From the NCBI RefSeq assembly GCF_039915195.1, contig NZ_JBDSNT010000105.1, positions 5,252 through 69,251 of the forward strand: DNA of 64,000 nt, in the 5' to 3' direction. Positions 1 through 10,038 of the stretch are shown piece after piece. The position numbers were made by a program, and so were the translations under genes. A model generated the notes under the pieces. The model was given only the letters and a program-made list of their open reading frames with translations, was not told the origin of the DNA and did not search any database. The DNA is from Gaiella sp. Lineage in GTDB: Bacteria > Actinomycetota > Thermoleophilia > Gaiellales > Gaiellaceae. Position 1 is the first letter of the stretch. Every line of letters begins with the position of its first letter.

Positions 1-1
1 G

Positions 2-733
2 GACATCGCAGCGATCCTCACGGCGATCGAGCCGCGCGATGTGCTCTTCATCGACGAGATCCACCGGCTCAACCGTGCGGCCGAGGAGATCCTGTATCCG
101 GCGCTCGAGGACTTTCGTCTCGACATCATCTTCGGACAGGGGGCGGCGGCCCGAACGCTCACGATCGATCTGCCGCCGTTCACGCTCGTCGGTGCTACAA
201 CCCGGTCCGGCCTGCTGACGACGCCGTTGCGCGACCGCTTTGGGATGACGTTCCGGCTCGGCTACTACGAGTCGGGCCAACTGGGGACGATAGTCCGTCG
301 CTCGGCATCGATTCTCGCCGTCGAGATCGAGGACGACGCCGCCGACGAGATCGCGGGGCGTTCACGCGGAACGCCGCGGATCGCGAACCGCATCCTGCGG
401 CGTGTCCGCGACGTCGCCGAGGTGCGCCACGCGGGGAAGATTACGAACGAGATCGCGCGTGAGGCGCTCGATCTCCTCGAAGTCGACGGGCTCGGCCTGG
501 AGCGTATCGACCGCGAGTTGCTCCGCTCGATCGCCGAGAAGTTCGACGGTGGCCCCGTCGGTCTCTCGACCCTCGCGGTCTCGCTCGGCGAGGAGCCAGA
601 CACGATCGAGGAGGTCTACGAGCCGTTTCTCCTGCAGCTCGGCTTCATCCAGCGCACGCCACGCGGGCGGACGATCACGGCGCTCGGTAGGGCGCACGTC
701 GGGGCCGTGCGCGTGGACGGGAGCCTCTTCTAG
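2..733 (+). CDS. ruvB: Holliday junction branch migration helicase RuvB (5'-partial)
   Basis: Frame open from base 2 ([23 protein letters not shown], Walker B). Contains [16 protein letters not shown] and RTPRGR motifs. Confidence 0.97.
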   Translation, partial: DIAAILTAIEPRDVLFIDEIHRLNRAAEEILYPALEDFRLDIIFGQGAAARTLTIDLPPFTLVGATTRSGLLTTPLRDRFGMTFRLGYYESGQLGTIVRRSASILAVEIEDDAADEIAGRSRGTPRIANRILRRVRDVAEVRHAGKITNEIAREALDLLEVDGLGLERIDRELLRSIAEKFDGGPVGLSTLAVSLGEEPDTIEEVYEPFLLQLGFIQRTPRGRTITALGRAHVGAVRVDGSLF

Positions 734-735
734 CC

Positions 736-1062
736 GTGCCGGAGCTGTGGACACCCGGCATGACGGCTCCGCTCGAGGAGTTCGTCTCGCGCATCGTGCG
801 ACGGATCGAGGCGTTCCGCGTCGACCACGGTCTCGACCGCGCCGACGTCAGCGTCGAGCTCGTGGACGGATCCCTCCACCGCCTCGCCTCGATCTCGTCC
901 GATCCCGGCTTCGGCTTCGTCACGCTGTGCCCGCACTGCGAGGCAGGCGAGCCCGAGGAGCTGATCGTGCCGCTCGGGTCGATCCGAGAGATCAGAATCG
1001 CAGCGGTCGAGGACGAGCAACGGCTCGGCTTCGCTCCGCCGGCGGAAACGCCTAGCGCTTGA
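736..1062 (+). CDS. Hypothetical protein, 108 aa
   Basis: Starts 2 nt after the ruvB stop. Globular-looking composition with one CPHC motif. Confidence 0.7.
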   Translation: MPELWTPGMTAPLEEFVSRIVRRIEAFRVDHGLDRADVSVELVDGSLHRLASISSDPGFGFVTLCPHCEAGEPEELIVPLGSIREIRIAAVEDEQRLGFAPPAETPSA

Positions 1063-1513
1063 ACTGCAGCGCGCGCCAGCTCGGCGTCGGCGCAAGCTCG
1101 AGCAAAGCGCGACCGCCTTCGGGGTCGGCGTAGCCGAAGTCACCGGTCGTCTCGTCGAACGTCACCTCGAGCAGGTTTTCCTTGACACGATGGTCGAGGT
1201 ACGCGCCGCGGAACACGAGCTTACGGAGCCAGTAGACGAGCGACTCTCCGTCGTTCAGCGACAGACGCTCCCAGTGGCGCATCAGGTACTTGCCGAGGGC
1301 GCTACGCGGCTCCTCGATGCGGCTCTCGGCTGCGAGTTCCACGAGATCGAAAGCCTCGTCCTCGTCGAGGTCACTGTCCCGAACGAGATCGAGCTTCACG
1401 GCAGCGGCCGTCACGCGCTCCCGGAAGTCATCAGCTCCGAACGCGAAGCGGTAGCCGAGGAACTCGAGCACGTAGTCGTCGCCGGATGTGTAGTTCAGCT
1501 CGCCCTGAGGCAT
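1052..1513 (-). CDS. Hypothetical protein, about 153 aa
   Basis: Start reassigned to ATG 1513 (MPQGELNYTSGDDY), which has TAGCTT 7 nt upstream. Normal amino-acid composition. Confidence 0.75.
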   Translation of the reverse strand: MPQGELNYTSGDDYVLEFLGYRFAFGADDFRERVTAAAVKLDLVRDSDLDEDEAFDLVELAAESRIEEPRSALGKYLMRHWERLSLNDGESLVYWLRKLVFRGAYLDHRVKENLLEVTFDETTGDFGYADPEGGRALLELAPTPSWRALQFKR

Positions 1514-1536
1514 GCCAACAAAGCTACCCTCAGCAC

Positions 1537-1752
1537 GTGAACTGGCGGCTGACGATCCCGATGACCGCCATCGTTCTCGTGATCTGGCTCGTCGGCGCTG
1601 CCGTGACGAAGTACACGCTCGAGCAGATGGCGTTCCTTGCTCCCGTTGCCGTTGTCGTCGTCGGAGCAACGATCGGGATCGTGATGCTCTGGGTCAAGAT
1701 CGTTAGGCAGTCGCGCGAGGACAGCCGCGCGAGGCGTGACGCCGCGTCCTGA
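1537..1752 (+). CDS. Small membrane protein with two TM helices
   Basis: GTG 1537 preceded by TACCCT-N6. Two hydrophobic segments and a basic tail. Confidence 0.7.
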   Translation: MNWRLTIPMTAIVLVIWLVGAAVTKYTLEQMAFLAPVAVVVVGATIGIVMLWVKIVRQSREDSRARRDAAS

Positions 1753-1764
1753 GTGGTTCCTCCT

Positions 1765-1788
1765 GCCGTCCGGGCCGGGACCTATCGT
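1765..1788 (+). promoter_or_regulatory. GCCGTCCG-N10-TATCGT promoter motif (recJ)
   Basis: Read directly. -10 hexamer is 6 nt before ATG 1795. Confidence 0.55.
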
Positions 1789-1794
1789 GGTTCC

Positions 1795-3672
1795 ATGATG
1801 GCGAGTTGGAAGCTCGAGTCGGTTTCGTACCCTGATGTCAGGGCGTTGACCGACGCACTAGGGGTCTCCGAGACGGTCGCGAGCGTGCTCGTGCGGCGCG
1901 GACTCGCAGATCCTGTGGCCGCCAAGGCGTTTCTCGATCCCGAGGGGATCTCGCACGATCCACTCCTCCTCGGAGACATGACCGCTGGTGTTGCGCGGCT
2001 TCGGCTGGCGGTCGAACGGGGTGAGCGGATCTGCGTTCACGGCGACTACGACGTCGACGGGATCTGTGCCACTGCCCTCGCGATGCTGATCCTACGGGAG
2101 CTCGGCGCCGACGTCTCGTGGCACCTCCCGAGCCGGTTCGAGGAAGGCTACGGCGTCTCCGTGGCGACCGTCGCACGCCTTGCCGAGGAGGGCGTGAAGC
2201 TCATCCTCACCGTCGACTGCGGGATCACTGCAGTCGCCGAAGTCGCGGAGGCACGGCGCCTCGGCGTCGACGTGATCATCACCGATCATCACCGTCCCGG
2301 CGAGACGCTCCCGGACTGCCCCATCGTGGCCACGCGCCCGTCCGCGTACCCGTTTCCCGAGCTCTGCGGCACCGGGGTCGTCGCCAAACTGGGCCAGGCC
2401 CTCCTTGGCCCGGAGCACCCGGTACTCGCCCGCCACGCCGACCTGATCGCGCTCGCGACGATCGCCGATGTGGTTCCCCTCGTCGACGAGAACCGAGCGC
2501 TCACATCGGCAGGCCTGCGAGGCCTGTCTCGCACGCAGAAGCCGGGGCTCGCGGCGTTGATGCGCGTCGCGGGCGTCGACCCGGCGACGATCGACGCTAC
2601 TGCGGTTGCCTTCCGACTCGCGCCGCGCATCAACGCTGCGGGGCGCCTCGGGCGGCCCGACGTGGCACTGCACCTCGTTCTCACCGGTGATGCTCGCGAG
2701 GCCGACCTCCTGGCCAACGAGCTCGAAAGCCTCAACCGCGACCGCCAGGCGGTCGAGGACAGAATTCTTCGTGAAGCGGTCGCGACCGTCGAAGCCTGGT
2801 CGCCCGATCGACGCAGCCGTCGTGCATACGTCGTCTGGGGGGAGGGATGGCACGAGGGAGTGATCGGGATCGTTGCCTCACGGCTCGTGGAGCGCTTCGG
2901 CCGTCCGGTCGTGCTCATCGCGGGCGAGGGCGACCGCTGGAAAGGCTCCGGCCGCTCCGTGCCGACGTTCGACCTTCACGCCGGGCTCGCCGCCTGCGCT
3001 GCCCACCTCGAACGGTTCGGTGGCCATCGCGCGGCAGCAGGGCTATCGATAGCACCGGATCAGCTCGAGCCGTTCGCCCGAGCATTCTCCGCGTATGCCG
3101 ACGGAGTACTTGGTGACGAGGATCTCGTGTCGGAGACGCGCATCGACGCGATCGTGCCGGCGCTCGCACTCACACTCGACCTCGCGCGGGAGATCGAACA
3201 GCTCGCGCCGTTCGGGCTCGGGAATCCCGACGTGACATTGCTCGTGGCCGACTGCGAGGCGGTCGGCGCGTCAACCGTCGGCGACGGGAAGCACCTACGC
3301 TTCAGGGTGCGCCAGCAGGGGCGGGACGCGGGAAGCGCCATCGCCTTCGGACTCGGCGGCCAGCTCGACCGGATGCGGGTCGGCTCGCACTTCGACGTCG
3401 CATTCCGGCTGAAGCAGAACCGCTGGAACGGAACGGTCGCGCCGCAGCTCGTCGTGCGGCGGATCTTCGACACAGACGAAGCGTACGGCGAGCTCCGCAA
3501 CTGGCTCGCCGGGCTCTGGCGTGCCGGCGACACGGCCTGGACGCCCGAGGCCCGGCGGATCTTCTCGGAGCTGTCGATCGAGGGCGGCGGCAAGCGGCAG
3601 CTGCTCGAATCTCCCACCTTCAGGGAGCTCCTCGCCCATGGTGCGCCGCTCAGTCTTCCTCAGGCCGCCTGA
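1795..3672 (+). CDS. recJ: ssDNA-specific exonuclease RecJ
   Basis: HGDYDVDG, TVDCG, DHH, PRINAAGR, GSGRS and FGGH motifs. Start set at ATG 1795 (TATCGT-N6-ATG). Confidence 0.95.
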   Translation: MMASWKLESVSYPDVRALTDALGVSETVASVLVRRGLADPVAAKAFLDPEGISHDPLLLGDMTAGVARLRLAVERGERICVHGDYDVDGICATALAMLILRELGADVSWHLPSRFEEGYGVSVATVARLAEEGVKLILTVDCGITAVAEVAEARRLGVDVIITDHHRPGETLPDCPIVATRPSAYPFPELCGTGVVAKLGQALLGPEHPVLARHADLIALATIADVVPLVDENRALTSAGLRGLSRTQKPGLAALMRVAGVDPATIDATAVAFRLAPRINAAGRLGRPDVALHLVLTGDAREADLLANELESLNRDRQAVEDRILREAVATVEAWSPDRRSRRAYVVWGEGWHEGVIGIVASRLVERFGRPVVLIAGEGDRWKGSGRSVPTFDLHAGLAACAAHLERFGGHRAAAGLSIAPDQLEPFARAFSAYADGVLGDEDLVSETRIDAIVPALALTLDLAREIEQLAPFGLGNPDVTLLVADCEAVGASTVGDGKHLRFRVRQQGRDAGSAIAFGLGGQLDRMRVGSHFDVAFRLKQNRWNGTVAPQLVVRRIFDTDEAYGELRNWLAGLWRAGDTAWTPEARRIFSELSIEGGGKRQLLESPTFRELLAHGAPLSLPQAA

Positions 3673-3677
3673 GCGCC

Positions 3678-3788
3678 TCAGCGCCCCGCATGGAGGCCGC
3701 GGCGCGGCGAGCGCGCTATCGACCGCTCGATCTCCGCGAGGAGCCGAAGCACGCGGCGGCGTTCGACGTATCTTCGGAGGAAGCCCAT
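3678..3788 (-). CDS. Possible 36-aa Arg-rich small protein
   Basis: MGFLRRYVERRRVLRLLAEIERSIARSPRRGLHAGR fills the recJ-relA gap and looks helical and amphipathic. No clear RBS or -10. Confidence 0.35.
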   Translation of the reverse strand: MGFLRRYVERRRVLRLLAEIERSIARSPRRGLHAGR

Positions 3789-3875
3789 GGCTTCAGTTCT
3801 TTCGGCAGATCTACCCTGGCTCCTGTCACCCGAATGGGGCCGGGACGGTCCCGATCCCCTCAGTAGACTGAGACC

Positions 3876-6082
<2,207 letters not shown>

Positions 6083-6083
<1 letters not shown>

Positions 6084-6360
6084 GGCGAGGTGTATCCGCG
6101 GTGGAAGAGCGTACCGCGGATTCACCTCCCCCTATCCCGGCCGATGCTTTCTGCCACGCTTCGCGTGGATCCTGAAGGGGGCCGCCCGCGACCCACTTTG
6201 AGAGAGTTGCTTGGCGACTGCTTTGGGCGCTCGAAGGGGGAGGTATATCCGCTGTGGAAGAGCGTACCGCGGATTCACCTCCCCCTATCCCGGCCGATGC
6301 TTTCTGCCACGCTTCGCGTGGATCCTGAAGGGGGCCGCCCCGCCTGGACGCTTCAGCCTG
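6083..6360 (+). repeat. Tandem duplication of a 105-bp structured element (6083-6187 and 6236-6340) plus conserved flank
   Basis: Two near-identical copies at offset 153. Each has a long hairpin (GAGGTGTATCCGCGGT...ACCGCGGATTCACCTC) and a CCACGC-TTC-GCGTGG mini-hairpin. Confidence 0.95.
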
Positions 6361-6499
6361 GCGGCGACGCCGGGCCGCGGCGAGTTTGGATCGGCGATAC
6401 ACCCGCTGTGTCGCAGTGGAGCCTGCGCAGCGCCCCTCGAACGAGGGATTGCGTCACCCTTCCGGGTGCCTACAACTGTGACAAGGGGAGAGGGGTCAT

Positions 6500-6538
6500 G
6501 TTGCTGCGGCCGTCCGGTTCGCCGGACGGCCGCGCAAC
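6500..6538. terminator. Strong hairpin between convergent genes, probable terminator
   Basis: GTTGC-T-GCGGCCGTCCGG-TTCG-CCGGACGGCCGC-GCAAC: perfect 12-bp stem plus a 5-bp extension, 25 nt past the thioesterase stop. No U-tract. Confidence 0.65.
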
Positions 6539-6563
6539 GGACATCGGAACGGAGCCCGGTCGC

Positions 6564-7022
6564 TCACTCTGCGACGTCGCCGAGCTCGAAGCTCCGCACC
6601 GTCTCGCGAACCGTTTCCGGGATCGGAAGTGGGGCACGGGCGACGGGATCGATCAGCACGAGCGTCTGGCTTCCCGTCACCATCAACTCGTCGTCGGTCA
6701 AGCTGACGGCCGCCACCTCATACGTGACGCTGGTTCGGCCAAGCCTGCTGACACGGACGAAGCACTCGAGAAGATCGTCGAACCGTGCCGGCGCGTGATA
6801 CTCGACGTTCGACGCGCGCATGACGTACTCCGCGCCGTCGACGCCGAGCGAGCCGAGATGCCGGTGGTATTCCGTGCGCGCGTGGTCGAAGTAGGGGAGG
6901 TAGCGGCCGTAGTAGACAACTCCTTGCGCATCCGTGTCCGAGAACCAGACCCTCGTCAGCGCCGAGTACTTGAACGGTGGCCGCCGGTCGGTGATGCGGC
7001 CGAGCTCGAGGGGGTCGCTCAC
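6564..7022 (-). CDS. Acyl-CoA thioesterase, YbgC/4-HBA-CoA hotdog family
   Basis: DTDAQGVVYYGRYLPYFDHAR motif. Confidence 0.9.
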   Translation of the reverse strand: MSDPLELGRITDRRPPFKYSALTRVWFSDTDAQGVVYYGRYLPYFDHARTEYHRHLGSLGVDGAEYVMRASNVEYHAPARFDDLLECFVRVSRLGRTSVTYEVAAVSLTDDELMVTGSQTLVLIDPVARAPLPIPETVRETVRSFELGDVAE

Positions 7023-7025
7023 GCG

Positions 7026-8372
7026 TCAGCCCTGGATCAGGGCGACGAGCTCGTCTCGACGCGCAGCCATCTCACTCTCGGTGAGCGCTTCGAGGTTGAG
7101 GCGGAGTAGTGGCTCGGTGTTCGAGGGGCGCACGTTGAAGTGCCACGTGTCGAAGTCGACCGAGACTCCATCGAGATGCGAGACGCGCCCGCCTTCAGCC
7201 GAATAGCGCTCCTCGATCTCCTGGAGCTTCAGTTGCACATCCGACACCGGCGTGTTGATCTCACCCGTAATGAAGTATCGCTCGCGGAACGGGCGCAGGA
7301 TCTCGGAGAGCTTCGCGCCCCGTGCCGAGATGAGCTCGAGCATGAGGAGAAACGGGACGACCCCTGTGTCGGCCTGGGTGAAGTCGCGGAAGTAGTAGTG
7401 CGCCGAGACCTCGCCGGCGAAGATCGCATGCTCCTCGCGCATCCGGTGCTTGATGTACGCGTGCCCGACGCGGTTCACGAGCGCATTCCCGCCCGCCGCC
7501 TCGATTGTTCGCGGAACGGCCCAGCTCGCCCGCACGTCGTAGAGAACCGTTCCACCGGGGCTCTTCCCGAGCATTACCTCGGCTAGAAGCGCAGTGACGA
7601 AGTCACCGGGGACGAACTCACCGGAGTCGTCGACGAAGAAGCACCGATCTGCGTCACCGTCGTACGCGACACCGAGATCGGCACCCTCCTCGCGTGTCTT
7701 CGCAACGATGAACTCCCGATTCGCCTCGAGCAGCGGGTTCGGCTCGTGATTCGGGAACGTCCCGTCCGGGTCGAAGTAGCACCGGACGACCTCGACCTGG
7801 GGGAGGCGCTCGAGAACGGGCGGCAGCATCGTGCCGGCCATTCCGTTCGCGGCGTCGACGACGATGCGCAGGGGGCTAATCGCCTCGAGGTCGACGAACG
7901 ACAGCACCTTCTCCACGAAGCCCGGCCACACGTCGAGTGGCGTGATCTCGCCGCGCCGCGCTACTGGCCCAAAGCCCGCCTGAGCGGCCGCAAGGATGTC
8001 CATCAGGCCGGAGTCGCCCCCGACCGGAAGGGCTCCACCTCGCACGATCTTCATCCCCGTGTACTGCTTGGGGTTGTGAGACGCCGTGACGCAGATCCCT
8101 CCGTCGAGGCCCAGCTCGCCGACGGCGTAATAGACCATCTCCGTTCCGACCATCCCGAGGTCGCGGACGTCTGCGCCGCCGTCTGCCGCGCCCTCCATCA
8201 CCGCGGCGGTCATGGTCGGGGCCGACACCCTCATGTCGCGGCCGACGGCGATCGCCGCGGGCTGAAAGTGCTCGACGTAGGCTCGCCCGATCGCGTATGC
8301 GCCTTTCTCGTCGAGCTCGGAGCCGTACAGACCACGCACGTCGTATGCCTTGAAGGCGCTCGGGTTCAACAC
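7026..8372 (-). CDS. Phosphomannomutase/phosphoglucomutase
   Basis: FKAYDVRG, TASHNP, DGDADR, GEVSAH and RPSNTEP motifs. Start moved to GTG 8372 (TACGAT-N7). Confidence 0.95.
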   Translation of the reverse strand: MLNPSAFKAYDVRGLYGSELDEKGAYAIGRAYVEHFQPAAIAVGRDMRVSAPTMTAAVMEGAADGGADVRDLGMVGTEMVYYAVGELGLDGGICVTASHNPKQYTGMKIVRGGALPVGGDSGLMDILAAAQAGFGPVARRGEITPLDVWPGFVEKVLSFVDLEAISPLRIVVDAANGMAGTMLPPVLERLPQVEVVRCYFDPDGTFPNHEPNPLLEANREFIVAKTREEGADLGVAYDGDADRCFFVDDSGEFVPGDFVTALLAEVMLGKSPGGTVLYDVRASWAVPRTIEAAGGNALVNRVGHAYIKHRMREEHAIFAGEVSAHYYFRDFTQADTGVVPFLLMLELISARGAKLSEILRPFRERYFITGEINTPVSDVQLKLQEIEERYSAEGGRVSHLDGVSVDFDTWHFNVRPSNTEPLLRLNLEALTESEMAARRDELVALIQG

Positions 8373-8443
8373 GTAGCCCATCGTATTGAAGGTTCGCCGG
8401 TCCGGGAGCGGGGGCTGGCGAGATCGAGCGGAACGCCGCGAAA

Positions 8444-9268
8444 TCAGCGAGCGACGAGTCCCGCGGCGTGGTCTGGAACGTACGTCATCGTCGATCGATC
8501 AGGGCGGACATAGCCCGTGTCGACCTGTCGCACCGGCAACTCACGCATCGGCGCGTCAATCGGTTCATACGGAACCTTCGAGAGCAGGTGTGCGATGCAG
8601 TTGAGCCGCGCGTTCCTCTTCACATCCGCCTCGACGACCCACCACGGCGAGATGTCCGTGTCGGTGTGGACGAACATCTCGTCCTTCGCGCGTGAGAAGT
8701 CGACGAAGCGCTTCCGTGACTCGATATCGACGTCGCTCAGCTTCCAGCGGCGGGTCGGATCTGTCATGCGGGCCTGGAAGCGCCGCTCCTGTTCCTCGTC
8801 GCTGACCGAGAACCAATACTTGACCAAGGTGATCCCGTCCTCGATCAGCATGTTCTCGAACGGGGGGCACTGGCGCAGGAACCGGTGATGCTCCTCGGGC
8901 GAACAGAAGCCCATGACCTTCTCGACGCCCGCGCGGTTGTACCAGCTTCGGTCGAAGAGGACGATCTCGCCGGCCGCAGGTAGGTGCGCGATGTACCGCT
9001 GGAAGTACCACTGCGCTCGCTCGCGCTCGGATGGCGCCTGCAGCGCGGCGATCCGGCAGAAGCGGGGATTGAGGCGCTCCTGGATCCGCTTGATGGCGCC
9101 GCCCTTCCCGGCCGCGTCGCGGCCCTCGAAGATCACAGCGACCCTCGTACCCGAGGCACGGATCCAGTCGAGCATGAGAGCGAGCTCGATCTGGAGCCGT
9201 TGCAGCTCCTGCTCGTACTGCGCCCTCGTGATCCTGGGTGCTGCTTTCTCGCGATTGGGACGCGCCAT
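8444..9268 (-). CDS. ppk2: Polyphosphate kinase 2
   Basis: FEGRDAAGKGG Walker A and FDRSWYNRAGVE motifs. Confidence 0.95.
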   Translation of the reverse strand: MARPNREKAAPRITRAQYEQELQRLQIELALMLDWIRASGTRVAVIFEGRDAAGKGGAIKRIQERLNPRFCRIAALQAPSERERAQWYFQRYIAHLPAAGEIVLFDRSWYNRAGVEKVMGFCSPEEHHRFLRQCPPFENMLIEDGITLVKYWFSVSDEEQERRFQARMTDPTRRWKLSDVDIESRKRFVDFSRAKDEMFVHTDTDISPWWVVEADVKRNARLNCIAHLLSKVPYEPIDAPMRELPVRQVDTGYVRPDRSTMTYVPDHAAGLVAR

Positions 9269-9319
9269 CGCCTGCGAGGCTACAGCAGTTGTTCCCCTTG
9301 AAGGTCGATCCGTGGCTCT

Positions 9320-9940
9320 CTACGCTTTCTCGAACCGCTCGATGCAATCGCCGATCGCCGCCAGGAGCTCGCGATGCCCACGAAGATCCTGGCCTTGGTC
9401 GGCGAGGATGTGCGTCTCCAGCCCGTGGTAGACGATCGCGACCATGTTGGCGAGCGAATGTGCCGGAAGCGGGAGGGGGCGACCGTGCTCGCGCGCCCAG
9501 GTGTCGATCGTCTCCTCGATCAATGCGACCCAGCCGTCGACCGATACGCGCCAGCGCTCGGCGAGCTCCGGGTCGCAGAGGCCGGCCGCCCAGAGCTCCC
9601 ACAACATCCGCACGTAGCCCGATGCGAGATCCTCCTCGAAGTACGCTGCTGCGGCTCGCCAACGGTCAGCGAGAGTGCCGTCGCCGGAGAAGAGCTCACG
9701 CTGCCGCTCGAGGAGACGGTCGTTCTCCCGCTCGAGCACGGCAGTGAGGAGTCCGGCGCGCGACCCGAAGTGATAGTGGACGAGCGACAGGGGAACGTCG
9801 GCGGCTCCTGCGACAGCCCTCGTCGAGGCGGCCGCGTACCCGACGCGCCCTATCAGGTTGGCTGCGGCATCGAGAATCGACTCACGCTTGTCGACTCCCC
9901 GGGCGCGGCGCCCGTCGGTTCGCCCCTCCGTATTTGACAC
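9320..9940 (-). CDS. TetR/AcrR family regulator
   Basis: N-terminal HTH (ILDAAANL...STRAVA...LSLVHYHFGS). Confidence 0.92.
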   Translation of the reverse strand: MSNTEGRTDGRRARGVDKRESILDAAANLIGRVGYAAASTRAVAGAADVPLSLVHYHFGSRAGLLTAVLERENDRLLERQRELFSGDGTLADRWRAAAAYFEEDLASGYVRMLWELWAAGLCDPELAERWRVSVDGWVALIEETIDTWAREHGRPLPLPAHSLANMVAIVYHGLETHILADQGQDLRGHRELLAAIGDCIERFEKA

Positions 9941-9943
9941 GGC

Positions 9944-9977
9944 CCGACTGTATCAGTTATAAAGTCGGTCGACCGAC
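9944..9977. promoter_or_regulatory. Probable TetR operator region
   Basis: Perfect 14-bp palindrome GTCGGTCGACCGAC (9964-9977), plus ACTG-TAT-CAGT (9947-9957) overlapping the tetR -10 (TACAGT on the minus strand). Lies between tetR and its divergent gene. Confidence 0.65.
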
Positions 9978-10038
9978 CAATTGACTCGGGAAGCGATGAA
10001 CGTGCGACAATCGACGATGCTGGTGGAGGAGGGACGGG

